Positions 23,921 to 38,100 of a stretch of DNA of 64,000 nt are shown here, in pieces. The DNA is from Rhina ancylostomus. Lineage: Eukaryota. Every line of letters starts with the position of its first letter. Within the stretch, counting starts at the first letter, position 1. The translations under genes and the position numbers were made by a program. The DNA lies in assembly GCA_030265395.1 (NCBI GenBank), contig JARFYF010000029.1, positions 17,285,990 to 17,349,989 on the forward strand, written 5' to 3'. The notes beneath the pieces were generated by a model. That model made no database searches. It saw nothing but the letters and a program-made list of their open reading frames with translations, and had not been told where the DNA came from.

Positions 23921-25124
23921 TCCAGTAAAACTCACAAAGATGAAATATGTGATTTATTAACAAATGGATGACAAAAGTATTTTATACCAGGGATGACATA
24001 TAACAGTAGCTAAATGGAAATTATCCTTGAAATAAAAGGAAAATGTAAGGAGCTTTACAGTAAGGAATAACCACTTGTGGGTTACAAGGCAGTAATTTTA
24101 TTGAGCTGGGCATTATAATATGAGAGTAAATTTCATGTTTTGCGAAGATTAACAGATTGAACCATTGCCTAAATTCATTCCCTAGCAATATTGATGATAG
24201 CTTTATTGTTAATGTTATTTTTGGAGTATTGAGGATGACAGTTGCTTACATTCCTGAAAAAAATTATCATTGATGTTTATTTAGGAGCTGAAAGTACACA
24301 TCATTGGCTGGTGCTGCAGAAATATCAGGTTTTAGGAATTGTTAGATTACTGGGAAATACATCAAATAATATGCTGTTAAACAAACTGTATGCGTCTTAA
24401 ATCTAAAGGGTAATACACCAATCAAAGTACCAAGCTATACATAAAATAAGGATTTAAGTTTGAATTGCAGTTCATGCTGCATTTGATTACCTCAAGGTTG
24501 GGTACGTCAGTGTTCTCCAGCTCTGAAGGATAATCAGCTAAGATTTCCACTTCTGCTTACTTTCCAATGACTCCTGATGGAAAATATAACCAGATTATAC
24601 TGGTTTTGACTGGCATTCTCCTTATTCTGAGTTTGTGATATTAACTATGCTGAGGTAAAGAGGTGTTGATGAAACATTAGGCACTTCCCTATAGGTTTAA
24701 TAAAGAGAACTCTCTTGAGGCAAATTTCAATGTGATAATATTAGGATCCAGGGAAAAGAACAGAAACCATTACTGCAGTAGAAGCAGTCGGATCCAGTAC
24801 TAGGAGGAAATTATACTTTATTCAACTTAATCATATGACAACTTTTTAATTAAACATATTTCCCCAAGGAAAATTTATTCATATTTTGTAAAAGAAAGTG
24901 TCCCCAGCAACAAAAGAAACAATGATTGCAGGGTTTTAGCCACATTTTATATATCTGGTGAAGCAATCAAAATTCCTNNNNNNNNNNNNNNNNNNNNNNN
25001 NNNNNNNNNNNNNNNNNNNNNNNNNNNNNNNNNNNNNNNNNNNNNNNNNNNNNNNNNNNNNNNNNNNNNNNNNNNNNAAAATTCCTCCAGTCCCAGTCCT
25101 ACGCTTGCATACAACTTGCAGAAA

Positions 25125-25125
<1 letters not shown>

Positions 25126-25180
<55 letters not shown>
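25126..25180 (+). repeat. (CA)n microsatellite
   Basis: About 27 perfect CA units. Confidence 0.98.
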
Positions 25181-25181
<1 letters not shown>

Positions 25182-25437
25182 ACGCCTGCACGCAAACTAT
25201 CTGCTGCACACCCAAGTAACAGAATATCATCAAGGCATTAAATATGTCACAAACTAGCTAACATCCCTGCTGCATCTAGTACTGTTTTCAATGTCTCAGC
25301 TGGATCATTGCCAGAATTTCCCCTCTATGTCCTTGTTCTGTTTCATTAAATTTTTCAGCAAAGTAAATTAAACAGAAAACAAAAATGGCCTGATGACTTG
25401 CTGTCACCCACTTTAGGCTGCTGGACAAGTCGATTTT

Positions 25438-25530
25438 TAATTCTGATGAAAGGTCATTGACCTAAAAGGTTTCTTTGTCCACAGATGCTGCCTAATCCGC
25501 TGAATATCTCCAGCACGTTCTGTTTTTCTG
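25438..25530 (+). mobile_element. Penelope terminal-repeat fragment with hammerhead-like core
   Basis: ctgatgaaaggtcattgacctaaaa...ccacagatgctgcctaatccgctgaatatctccagca. Confidence 0.7.
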
Positions 25531-26559
25531 AGTGTTATCTCTTTGTTTTTATAATATTTTGTTTTTGCATTCTATCACGAATGTCTCATTGAACAAATGG
25601 ATCATAGGGTTATACTCAAAAGTATTCCTTTATTTTCTCAACGTGCATTTTGTCAACTCTTCCTTCACATGAGCTTTATTTAAAAGATACACGGATGCAT
25701 CTTTCTGCTGTCATTATTCCCATTGCTAATACACCATTGATAAAGTCCTTATCGATAGATATATTCTTATCAGTCATACCTGTATTAGGTACAATGTATA
25801 TTTGGAATTTGAATGTGATACAAATGGGCTCAGTTGGACTGTGCTTGATGCGGCCAGCACCTCACCTTTGCCCCTCGCTAGATTCCTACAGCTGCAGTAA
25901 CCTTTTCTCACCCTTTATGTCCAATTGAGTTGAGTGCTTTGCTGCCCATGAGCTCCAGCTGAGTCTCAGGCAGGTCTTAAGGCCCAGTCCCCAGACCACC
26001 GTGATTGTGTTTTGACAGTGTATACTGTCAATGGCTTTTTCTGCTGTTAAAATAGATTTTTAAAAAATAAAAAACTATAAATTTGTGTAGAAGCACATTT
26101 AACTGATATAAATTAAGTTAAAACATCTATATTAGCCAATGCTGATAGCTGTCATTTCTCTCTGGAACTGCTAATAACTCATAGTTAAAACACTGAGGCT
26201 CTAAAATCCTCAGAATGGCACTGTGTCATTCTGTTTTTACATAATCCCTTACAGTTGTTTCAGTTCATCAGTCCTAAAAATGGATGAAGCCTACAATTCA
26301 GGAACCTGTGGAATTAGAATTTGCCCGAACCCTTGTCATTCTGAAGAAAGGCACCTCAGTTTAATAATCCAGTATTTTCATTGCATGAAAGCAAATTTCC
26401 ACCTTGTGCTGTGCCTTTCTAACTTTATCTTTTCCTCCTAAATATATATATATATAAATATATATAAAAAATACAATTTGCAAAGTTCTTTGTAGTACAA
26501 ATATTTTTGGTATTAATCTACATCTGTTTAATGTAAGTCATCATTTCCAGTAAAATAGA

Positions 26560-27276
26560 TAAGAATTGGAAGAGAAATTTGGAAAAGGAAGACCTTTGGC
26601 TCTTATTTACTGGTATAACAGTGCAAAAACTTAATCAGGAATAATTAATTATTTCATTGTCTTAAAGGAACAGCCTAAAATTTCCCATTTCATCATCCAG
26701 TTGTTTGTTAAGTGGTTCTGAGGATCTTGATTCCATTTTTTCTTCCTGGAAGTATAACCATTGGTAACACTGTGTGAGGAAGTATTACTTGGTATTAGTC
26801 CAAATTTTAACTCTTACTGGTTTGAATATGTGTCCCTTTATCTTGCTCCTGAAGTTAATGAAATGTGGTGGTCCCAATACCAACCACTGAGGCACCCCAC
26901 TCAGTACCTCCCATCCCCATCCCCCTCCCCACTGTAATTTCTGTACATGTACTTATAGGCCTAAAAAGTCTATTGTTGAGCATGTTTATGTGTGCTGTAT
27001 TATGACATTGTATCAGAAATTGATTATGTACCAAGTGTGTCATTTGTGTACTTCCAGGTATTTTCCCTAAATCTCTGTATACATAATCATTGGAGACCAA
27101 TGGGCATATGCAGTAGTGTCACGGGGCGCCCCTTGTGTCTTAATATCATTTGCACACACTTGTTCTGATTATACGAAGTTCACAAATAAAGCACAATGCT
27201 TGCCTTGCACAATAAAGCAAGTCTAAACAAAAGGGTTGAGGTCTGCTCTGGCATTAGTTCAATAGGACCCAATGCT
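26560..27276 (-). mobile_element. Old CR1 3' fragment
   Basis: acactgtgtgaggaag...tttgaatatgtgtcccttta resembles the reverse of CR1 RGH..KL...FFT.RV region; heavily decayed. Confidence 0.4.
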
Positions 27277-30249
27277 NNNNNNNNNNNNNNNNNNNNNNNN
27301 NNNNNNNNNNNNNNNNNNNNNNNNNNNNNNNNNNNNNNNNNNNNNNNNNNNNNNNNNNNNNNNNNNNNNNNNNNNNNNNNNNNNNNNNNNNNNNNNNNNN
27401 NNNNNNNNNNNNNNNNNNNNNNNNNNNNNNNNNNNNNNNNNNNNNNNNNNNNNNNNNNNNNNNNNNNNNNNNNNNNNNNNNNNNNNNNNNNNNNNNNNNN
27501 NNNNNNNNNNNNNNNNNNNNNNNNNNNNNNNNNNNNNNNNNNNNNNNNNNNNNNNNNNNNNNNNNNNNNNNNNNNNNNNNNNNNNNNNNNNNNNNNNNNN
27601 NNNNNNNNNNNNNNNNNNNNNNNNNNNNNNNNNNNNNNNNNNNNNNNNNNNNNNNNNNNNNNNNNNNNNNNNNNNNNNNNNNNNNNNNNNNNNNNNNNNN
27701 NNNNNNNNNNNNNNNNNNNNNNNNNNNNNNNNNNNNNNNNNNNNNNNNNNNNNNNNNNNNNNNNNNNNNNNNNNNNNNNNNNNNNNNNNNNNNNNNNNNN
27801 NNNNNNNNNNNNNNNNNNNNNNNNNNNNNNNNNNNNNNNNNNNNNNNNNNNNNNNNNNNCCAAGATTATTGTCCATTCCCAAAGTTTATCCTGAATCCTA
27901 ATGATTGTAATTTGACAAATAGCTTTTCTAGTGTACTTAATATTATTCATTCAGTGTATAATATTTGAAAATAGGATAAACATGTCCACGAGATGAATAT
28001 TTCATCTGTTTAGGAACTGAATTTAGTTGATCTGGAAGGACCTGGGTCAGTAATGCACTTAAAATAGCAGGACAGTATTTACCACCTTGTTCATAACTCC
28101 ATTCCAGAAGGTGGTCCCGTTTGTCATGGAAATGTAAATCCTATGATGCACATAGACCCAGAAGGTAAATTTAAAGTCATTTTGTCTGACAGGGGTTACT
28201 GCTCCATGCAAATTCAGGCTCCCACACTCCTGAACCCAGCTCTGATAATTGTGACTACTTGCACACTTGCTAACACCTGATCTGGCTCGATATTGGCCAG
28301 TCTTACTCCTCTGAGTTGTATCAGCTCACCTGTTTGGCACTCTTCAACATTCCAGTTCAATGTAGAAGAGACTTCCCCATAATTTTCATTCATATTTTTG
28401 CAGTCAGTAACCAGTTGTTGCATTCTTCTACTTAATCATCCTAATCGCAAAATTGATCCCAGTGAGTCATGAATCCTGAATATCTCCATGGTTCTGCTGC
28501 CCTGGTCAACTATGCTCCTTGTACATTTGCATCTATTTTCAACACAACCAAACTGATTACTGAACAAGCTGGTTCATTGGAACTTAAAGGGAGTTACCAT
28601 GCCCAAATTATCACATATTCCCAAACCTGATAAAAGAAAATGCATGCAGATTTATTATTGTCTCTCAATAAAACTTCTGATTAGAACCAGCTTAAGAACA
28701 AATGTTTAAAGCTGGAATGCCTGAATGTGATGTGAACAAAGCTTGTTTCACTGACATTGTGAATGGGCAATGGAGTGTAGCCACTACCTCCAATCAGATG
28801 TCACAACAAGGAATGTAATGTAAAACCTCTTTCCTAGACTATTTCCCACATCATTGTTCATAATTTCAAATTTGTGAAAAGGATCTTCTGCTTTTATGGA
28901 CCCAGTGTGTTGGTTTGTAATTCAAAATTTAAACTGAGCCAATTCACATCTGAACGCAACAAAATATTGGATGAGAGCAGTAAAGTTCGGTACTTTGCCA
29001 AAGGACTCCCTTTGCTGATCAGTTTGCACCTTCACCAAATGAATAGCTTACCTTTCTTAACATTACAGTGCCCGAGCTGGGACGTCAGTTTCCCCATGGG
29101 CTCCATTACTATTGAAACCTATCTACACAGCTGAGTTCCCATGGTTAACTGCTTCAGGGAATGCTTCAGAAAGCCAGTTGACCAAAACCATGATGAACTA
29201 CTTTCACTTTAATGTGTGATAGTATTAATGAATTCCCTAAGTAATTATAATTTCTATCAATTATCAGCTTTATTTAGCCATTTTAACTCATATTTAGCTT
29301 CTAACCACACATCAATTAAAATAACCATAACCAGTAAGTAATCACTTTGTGGAACTCCATTGATGTAGCTACAAGGTTATCATTATCAGAAGCCTTTGAA
29401 ATAAACTAATAATGCAAATGTAGACATATTGTTATTGAAATGTGGTGACTTGAATTAGTTACTGCAGAACACTATTTGTCTGTCTGTGAGATCTAGTTTC
29501 TAGGTCTGGAATGTAGCTTCATGATATCTGCCTTTCACAGGCCATCAATAACCAATGGAGGAGAAACAGAATGAAGTGCGTTTTAAATGATTATGTAGTT
29601 AATAGTTCAGTCTGATGGTCGATCTGGTACTCATCTCAGCAAGGAGAAATGATTATACAGCATCAGTGATCTTGTATTAATAGTTAGATTATTCTATGAA
29701 TTTCCTTTGCTACTAGTTTTATATATTTGCCACACCCAACTATAAACTCTTGATATGTGAAGCTGAGGAGAAACCAATCACCAATCTTTGAAATTAACAT
29801 TGATGCACATTTCTCTTGCTGGTTTTTGATCCGTAATATTTCCTTCATCGCTTTTCAGTAGTTAATTGGTACACACATTTGCCACACCAAATATATCTTC
29901 ATTGGAATAAGAACTGGTTCAATTTACATGATTAGAACAGAGTAATATCATATCAGATTATAGGATTCCACATGGGCCTGTGTCAAGCTAGAAACTTCCC
30001 CTGCATCATCTTATTCACATCTTTCAAATGACATTCCTTTCTTCAACCACAAGTGCAACCATTTCAAAGCAGCCTATTTTTTCACATTCCTCACCCTTCT
30101 GGCAGAGGGCCCGGTCTGATGGATTTCATTGACACAGAGAGGCTGCCTGCACTCATCATCCCGTGTACTCATGCTCACCACTCACCCAAACCTTCACTTC
30201 CATTCACAACTCCTCTAAAAATGAAACTGTCCATATCCTCACGCAGCAA

Positions 30250-30430
30250 GACCTAGACAGCATTTAGACATGGGCTGCTAACATACTGGGCGTCACACTG
30301 CCAGGCAGTGACCATCTCCAAGAGAGAGTCTTGCCACATACTCTTTAGATTCACCACCATCAATATCCTGGAGGAGTCACCATTGACCACAAATGCAACT
30401 GAGCTAGCCACTTAAAGACTGAGCATTACT
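30250..30430 (+). mobile_element. LINE RT fragment (family of 1590-2115)
   Basis: tgccaggcagtgaccatctccaag...caatatcctggaggagtcaccattgacca. Confidence 0.7.
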
Positions 30431-33400
30431 GGAGCTTGTCCAGGTACTCTGAGCCAAGGACCCTGAACAGTGGCATGGGTGGCCCCAAAACAAGCCTAAC
30501 ACACAAAATTCCTCTGGGATCCTTTCACAGCAAGAAACCATACAGGCCAACTTTACCAATGGTCAGTTTCAAAAACATTAGAAAAATGCTAAAAATGAAA
30601 CAAACTGTTTATAAGTTATAATTCATTCCAAATCAGCTAAGGACACTTAAAACCACTTTTCTATAATTAAAAGCATTTAACAAACCAGGAATAATTGTCT
30701 TCCATTTATTGCCGGCAGTGAAATCTGTGAGCTCTTGGATGCTGTGTCAGGAGTAGTGCTGGGAAATTTCAGGGAGCTCCAGCTCTGCTGCTTAAGTCCA
30801 GGTGGAGTCCAGTGGTATAGCACAGTCAGAAGCTGCCAGAGGGGCTTGGCCAGTGGTTTGGGGCTTCCACATTTGAGTGGGAGTCCCAAAATTTAACAGT
30901 ACATAACACTAAGATATCAGAGGCTCCATGCAGAACTGCCAGCATTTACTGGCAAAATCCAATGTTTCATGCCCTAAGTTGGGGGAAAAACTTGAGTTTA
31001 TTTATATATGTCCTGTTTGGAGATATTCCCTAATAATTTAGTTTGTAATGCCAAGTTCATAGGTTTTAGGAAGAGTTTAATGTTTTTTCCATAGAGGGTG
31101 TATTGTGAAGGATTACTTGCTTATAGTTGGGGAATCAGTATGGGTGCATGGAATGCCATCAGTTTAAAATTGGCAAAGGAGCTCAGGAAAAATGGCTTTT
31201 GGCAGAGATTTTTTAGAGCCACTGCATATTTTAAGGTTAGCTGAATTTAAGACCAAGTATCTCTTGTGTGATTTAATCTCATCTCTCGATCATCAATTTA
31301 GGTCTCTGGATTGCTTGTCCAGTAACTTAATGACTGTGCTACTGTACAAGGGTATCAAACCAGGATTTGATCTGAAACCTTCATCACATTTAAATATGAC
31401 CAGCTGACCAGGGTCAGAGAATCTCCTCGCTTTGCCATAATCCCCTGGTTATTCCAAATTTCAATTGATCATCATAGCAATTAGCTGTATATTCACCCAA
31501 GTATTATTTCGACCAAGTCTGTGCATTTTTAAATAAATGAGCTTTCACGCAGTTTTTCATTCATAGTTTATTTTTCCAACAAATTGCACTCATTATCTTT
31601 GCAAAGGCTTTCCTTTGTCACATTGTTTTACTTTATAGAATAATTACCTTAAATCAATATTACATGTTTAAGCATTCATCATGTTCCCATGCAGTCAAGG
31701 GTGCGTCTGTAACAAGGATAATTATACAACATGGGGTTTTCTAGACCAGACACTGCACTCAAATATTTTGCAGCTAAAATCTGGTCTGCAAATTGCCTGA
31801 TTTTACTGCTGTACTTCTGAGAAGCACCATTTGCATTTTTTTCTAAGCACATCACCGTAATTATTCACTGCAGGAATCTGAGCCTGCTTAGAGAAAAAAG
31901 AGTTTACTAAACGAGTCAGGACACTGTGAGCTCCACCTCACAATCAGAAGCTTTGTTGCCTATCATCATTGACATATATGGACAAAGAGAGAAACATAAT
32001 GATGCATAATAAAATGATGATCCAAGTGGTTCGGGCACAGTGATCTCTGCTCCTCAGACACTGATTGTAGTCTATTCCACTGACATATTGGGACAAAATA
32101 AAATCAAGCTGAGACATATAAAATGATAATTCTTTAATGTTGCCTTGGAATTCCTTTATTGATGACCACAAGAATGATTAAGATACCCATAAAATGCCTG
32201 CCATAGTATACATCACTCAATTTGCATCTGCATGTGTACAACATTAACAAATGTCTACCATTAAAATGACAAAATTCTTTCTTACATTTGATATTCTTTT
32301 TGATTTATCTATATTAATCAAATAATAAATCAAATAATCAGCTGTTGAGTTAAACTTCTTTAATCCATTCTTTCTGTTAACAATGTGATTGCTATTTATT
32401 CACTAGGCAAACTACACTCTGGTGTTTCTTGAACAGTTCAGCCAAATATTAGTACTTATTTTAATGTTAGGTCTAATATAAATATTAGAGTAGAGTTACG
32501 GTTGAGGGCCCAGATGGTGATCTGGGTGCATGTGTGTCAGGTTTCCAAAGTGAAGCAATAGTTCAGATTTCTGCTAAACTATTTTGCATAATCACAAACA
32601 TAACTTTCTGTGAGCCAGTGGAATCAGGAGGCATAATAGAGCATAATTTTTTCCTTCCATTTAAAAAATACTTATTCATATAGTAAAGAGAGCCCATGTA
32701 GTTTTATTAATGCAGCTGAAAATGGGTTCAACACAAAAAATAAGCATTTCAGTGGAAGTCAGTTAAGCATTTTAATCCAACACCTATATATACTTTAATT
32801 ATTGAACATTAATAAATAGTTAATATAATTTATTAAAGTAGTTTCATTTGTTTATACTGGTTTCCTTCTAAATCATGTTTTGATATTTAAATATTTATTA
32901 AAATATATGTTTGCTTCTAAATAAAGTTTAATTTGAAGAATCTATTCAAACTGTTGGAAGGAGATACAATCGGCAGAAACTTGGCATGTTTGTAACTTCA
33001 GTCCAGAATACGAGTGACTGGGCAGTTTCCAGTGCAACATTTTTAAACAAAAGAAATGCAAAAACTCAACTTGCAATCAACATATTTTGCACTTAAAATT
33101 CCTCAATCTTTTATACCTGATCAACCAATTTCTGGCAAATTGAACCAGTGTAAACTAGTAATACAATCTGCTGATACTTGGTTTGACTAATAAATGAAAA
33201 ACAGATAGAGAGAAATTATCTTTTATTTTTTGAGATGTCAAACTAGAGAATCATTAAACTAATCTTCCTCGTTTAACTTCAGTTTTGTGAATTTTCCTCT
33301 CCCATTGTAGATTATCTCACAGAAGTATAAGAGGCAGTATCCATTTTAATGAGTCCAATTTCAAGCCAGATGCACTTTTTGCAAGAAAGCTCATTATAAA

Positions 33401-33809
33401 ACATGTTCCATTAAAACTAATTGAATTTATAATCTGATTATTTAAATCCTTCATTTGAAGTTTCAGTACGCTGATTACAAAACTTAGTTCTAATGGTGTC
33501 TTCAGAGCTGTTCTCTTTATTTCTTTTCTGTTTCGTGATCAACCTTGTTTCTATTTTGATTTTTTTTGTGTCATACACATTTCTCTTGGTGTGACAGCAG
33601 CTTTTAAATTAAAATAGAGAAACTTGAATTTACATTGTGCGTTTCGAATCTTACAATGTCAGCAACAGTACTCACGTTACAAATTGCTTTGAAGGCAGCA
33701 GGTCATTTATTCACAGCAGGGTACCAGAAAGAGGAAGTGGGATGAGTGATCTGTTAAAGCTGTTTTGAAAATGTTTTATCATACATAGAGTATCTCCTGC
33801 AATGGCTTC

Positions 33810-34165
33810 TACTACATTTGGCATACCAGGGATCTATCCTTGACCCTTTTGGTGTTACGCGCTTTGGCAACATCATCCCAAATCACATTATTAAGCTTCA
33901 TATGTACTTTGACAAAACCTTCCCAAAGCTCATTATCACGCCTCTCTTGATCTCACCACTGCCTCTATATTGTCAAGCTGGTTGTCTGAAATTCGTTACT
34001 GGAGAAGCAGAAATTTTCTCAATTAAGCTTTGAGAAGACCAAAACTGTCACCTCTGGCCAGCTGCAAACCCTGCCCCTGCACTGACCACTTCCATCCTCT
34101 TGCTGGCTCTCAGGGTGAAGTGGACGGTTCACAGCCTTACCATCCTTTTTGACTCTGAGGTGCAT
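33810..34165 (+). mobile_element. Decayed L2 LINE RT fragment
   Basis: ORF 33818-34033 YQGSILDP...FGNII...LHMYFDKT resembles PQGSILGP...LG.II..H...FH.YADDT. Confidence 0.7.
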
Positions 34166-34859
34166 CCAAGTAGGATAATCTGACCAAAACTGACACTAAG
34201 CCATAGAAGAAGATACACTATTTCAATGTGACTATAACCTTAATCATTAATAGGTTTTAAAGAGAATTTAAAGGAGCAGAGAGCGGCAGAAAGGCTGTGG
34301 GAGAGAACCAGATCCTGGGGTGTAGACAGCGGAAAATGGGACGATGAGAGGGCAGCTGAAAGAAGTATGGATACACAAAAGACCGTTGGGATTCAGGTAA
34401 CTGTAAACTGAACAGTTACAGGGCTGGGAAAGATTACATATATGGGGAGAAGCAAGGCTAAAGAATGATTTGAAGTACAGATGGCATATTTATGCCGGCA
34501 AAGTCCTCACTGCATGGTGTCCCAGTTCACCTCTGATGAAGCCCATTTTGGTATTAGGGTACTTTTGGTAATAGGAAGCATAAAACAACACCATGTGTAT
34601 AATTGTTTTAAAGCTGCTGATTTGGTCATTTTTCATATTAGTACCTCTCCTCTCATGAAATGATCTGTCAAACATTTAGTAGCAGATTTGTTTTGTTGCT
34701 TATAATATAGTCCACCAGAGGCCATTATTCTTGGCAAATCTTTGATCCTAAACCTTCCACATAGTGGTTACATTGCTTTCTGAGAGAACACTGCCAACAG
34801 AGGCTTGGCACATTACCACCAAGGGCACCTAGAGAAAACACTTAATGTAGCCAATTGTA

Positions 34860-35170
34860 TATCAGCCAAGCAACACAGGAAGGAAGGTCTTAAGTTCAAC
34901 TCTTGGTCTGTATTAAGGTAGCCAGGAAGGCAATAAGGCATCTTAATTAACAGTGATACCCCGACATCAATGTTCCTACTGCTGATTGTTCTCCAGTGAA
35001 CCCTGCTGGAAATTGCACTTTTGGGAAATCAAGTGAGTACAGGGTCAAATAGCCTCCACGGTCAACTAATCTGTCAACATTCACTCAGTTCAGAGTGTAA
35101 AATGGGTGTAGTACAGGGGGGCTGTGGCCCCTGTGAAACTGCATTGCAGCAAGAGTTGGTGCCTTCAGTG
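34860..35170 (+). mobile_element. Old tRNA-derived SINE (elasmobranch family); weaker relatives near 24520-24590 and 51440-51580
   Basis: B-box-like aggtcttaagttcaactc, body tccagtgaaccctgctggaaa...gcctccacggtcaa...gtgccttcag. Confidence 0.5.
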
Positions 35171-38100
35171 ATGCTGTGTATGTAATAGAAGGGTCTTTTT
35201 GGATTTTAGTTTAACATTACATTTCTATAAAGTATTTCTAAGAAATACTATTTTTTTCACTTAGCTGAGGTAATGAAGTGAGGAAGTACATCACTGAGTA
35301 CTTCAGCCGAGAATTAATCTTAGTAATTCACAGAGGGTATTGAGAATATGGAATTCTGCCATCTGAAATGGCTGATGCACATAGCCTTGATCCATTGAAA
35401 GGGGGGCCTGGTTCATATGTGAAGGAGAGAAGAGTAAAATATTATACAGAACAGGAAGGTAGAGGTAAAATGGCAAAGTCTTGCATGCAGTATGAACATT
35501 AGCATAGGCCATTGGGGATTGAATAGCTTTTTATTATACATGTGGCAAACATTGATAGATGTAAGATTGTGCTGTCAGATTCTTGTCACCTATTTGTGTA
35601 CATTCAGCTTCTGTCTGGAGGCAGTCATTTCTGACTCCTGATGCCACAATATTGTTGGATTGTGGGAACAAATAACAGTGTGATCCAGTTTTATTAAACA
35701 GAAAATGGAACTTCCTTTGGCTCACCCATCGTGAACAATGTAAGAAGGTTAACACGGAAAGAATTGTAGGTGTCTGGTGTGATTATTGAGCCCCTAATAA
35801 CTAACTCTTGTGTTAGGTTAGGTGACAAAATACAAAGTTAACATTCAAAGAAGGTTTAGACATTATGTAAATCCCAAACAAATTACAATTCAGGCTTTTT
35901 GTGTACTTTTTTGTTTGTATTAAAACTACAAAGCCTTAATAAAATCAAAAGCAAACTAAAGTTGAAAAGACATTGAATGCTGATAGATTAATTGACATTA
36001 CAGTCAATAGGGTCTATCATCCCAGAAAAGAATTCATTGAATTGACTCCTTTGACCTCATGTTGTTCCTTAAACAAGTGATGGAACAGCATTCTTATTTA
36101 GCAAAAGCACTTGTCCAATGTCACAATCTGGTGCAGAACTAAACCATGCAAAGTAACAAATGTTACATTTAAGACTAGTACAGCTTCATTTTATTAGTAA
36201 AATAAACTTTTATAAAAAAACTGCTCAATAATTCCTACTGAACAAAATTGTTTTGCTGGTTATCTTTTTAAAACTTGTTTAATGTTTCTAGTGTCAAAAT
36301 AATGTAAACAATAAATTTTAATGTGTGTTGAAAGAATAGTGTAATTCTATACTTGTTAATGTGTTTAATTTTATTTCCTTTTGGTCTGTTCATTGTCTGT
36401 GTATTAGAAATCATTTTGTTTTTAAATAAGGTGTGTGTTAAATGGACTTTGGTGCATTACATGAAAATCTTGTATGCTTAACTGATTAACTTCATTGACA
36501 TTAACATTGACAAAAAATGTACTGCCTTCATTTGCCTTTATGAGGTTTTCTTCATTTGGAAGAAAAGGGTTTTTCTTCTTGGTTCTTTTGCTGCAAACAA
36601 TTACTGGATTATAATCTTCCTTTTATTCATTCTGCTTATGTGGTATAATCACAATATTAGCTTGCTCTGTGCTTTTTCTCTTCTCCCCATTACTTAGCAT
36701 AAATGAATGTCATTGCCAGGATTGAAATCAAGTCCAGCAAAAACTCTTGCAGTTATACTATGTTGAAATGTTAGTGTTAATGTTTTATAAACGAGTAATT
36801 CATCATCTTGTATTGGAAATGAACCAATTGGTAACTGAACTGGGATCGGTTCCATACGCGTTACTGAGGAGAAACAGGGAAAGCCATCCCATTTCATTAG
36901 ACCTTGTTAAATGATCAAAATTGACAACAAACTCAGATTAATCCCTAAATGATTGATTATAAAGTGCATTCCTTAGTTAAATGTGTTTTAGGTTAATTTT
37001 GTCTCTTTTATTCCAAATGCACTGTCCTGTTGGTTATGTCAAAAAATGATTGATAGCCTTATCCTTTATATTGTCTAATTCATGAGATTGTTGATTGGAA
37101 TAGTCAGTTTGATAACTGAGGAATATTAATTTGGACCTTAAAGCAAAGGATATATTTAGACCTGTCTGAGTGACACTAATTGTTAGAGCTTCCTGGTGTT
37201 ACATTGGGGATTCATTTTAAAGATAAATGGATAAATTGAGTCAACTTGAAGTGGTTCAGAATGTGAAAAAAAATCAATCCAAATTTGCTGCCTGCTGAAT
37301 CATATGTTTATGATTCTCATGATTGTTTCTCTTTTGTGAAGCTTGCAGTTCCCAACCACATTTGGCATTTTGAATCAATTTATCAAGGAATAAGCAAAGT
37401 TCATCTAATCCATCTGCATGGAGAGTGACAGGCATGAAGAGTGAGACTTCTAGCATCCATGAGGTAGATAATCATTTGAAAATATGTGTCCACACTTAAG
37501 TATCCTGATTATTTCTGCTCAGTTACTGATGTAAAGGTAGCAATTGGATAATGATGACATTTTTCAACAACGTCTTGCAACCTTTAACATGATGTCTTGG
37601 ATGTATCAATGCACATAGTTTGTCACTGTGGCACTAGCATGTAATGAAGTGAAGAGAGTCAGCATACAAATGGAAGAAGGACAGCCTCGGTCTGAATGGG
37701 GCTTGGTCTTTATCTGACAACTAGTGTTTTAGCATCACACAAGAATCATGGTGGTGAATCTACAACAGTTGTGCTGGGAGGGACACCGTGTTCACATTAG
37801 AATAACTAGACATGAAATCAATGTTAGCAGGAGGATTGCTCTGTATTCCGTATAAATGCCACAGTGTAGTAGGACTTTCAGTCGTATCCGGCAAAAGTGC
37901 AGTTTTAGAAATGCTCAAATTAAACATTGCGTTCTCTGTTACATATTGATATGAGATTAACTGCAAAAATTTGGTACAAAACTCAGCTGTTACCTAACTA
38001 GTAATACTAATTCCACCAATTCTTGTGCTCTTTGATATGGATCAAAAATACTTAATGTCAAGAAAATCCTTTGAGCCCTCCATTATTTCTCTCACTCGCA

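Noticed and set aside
27180-27950. Longest ORFs in the track (207-256 aa)
   Set aside because: They are read through a run of N; the same applies to ORFs spanning the other gaps.
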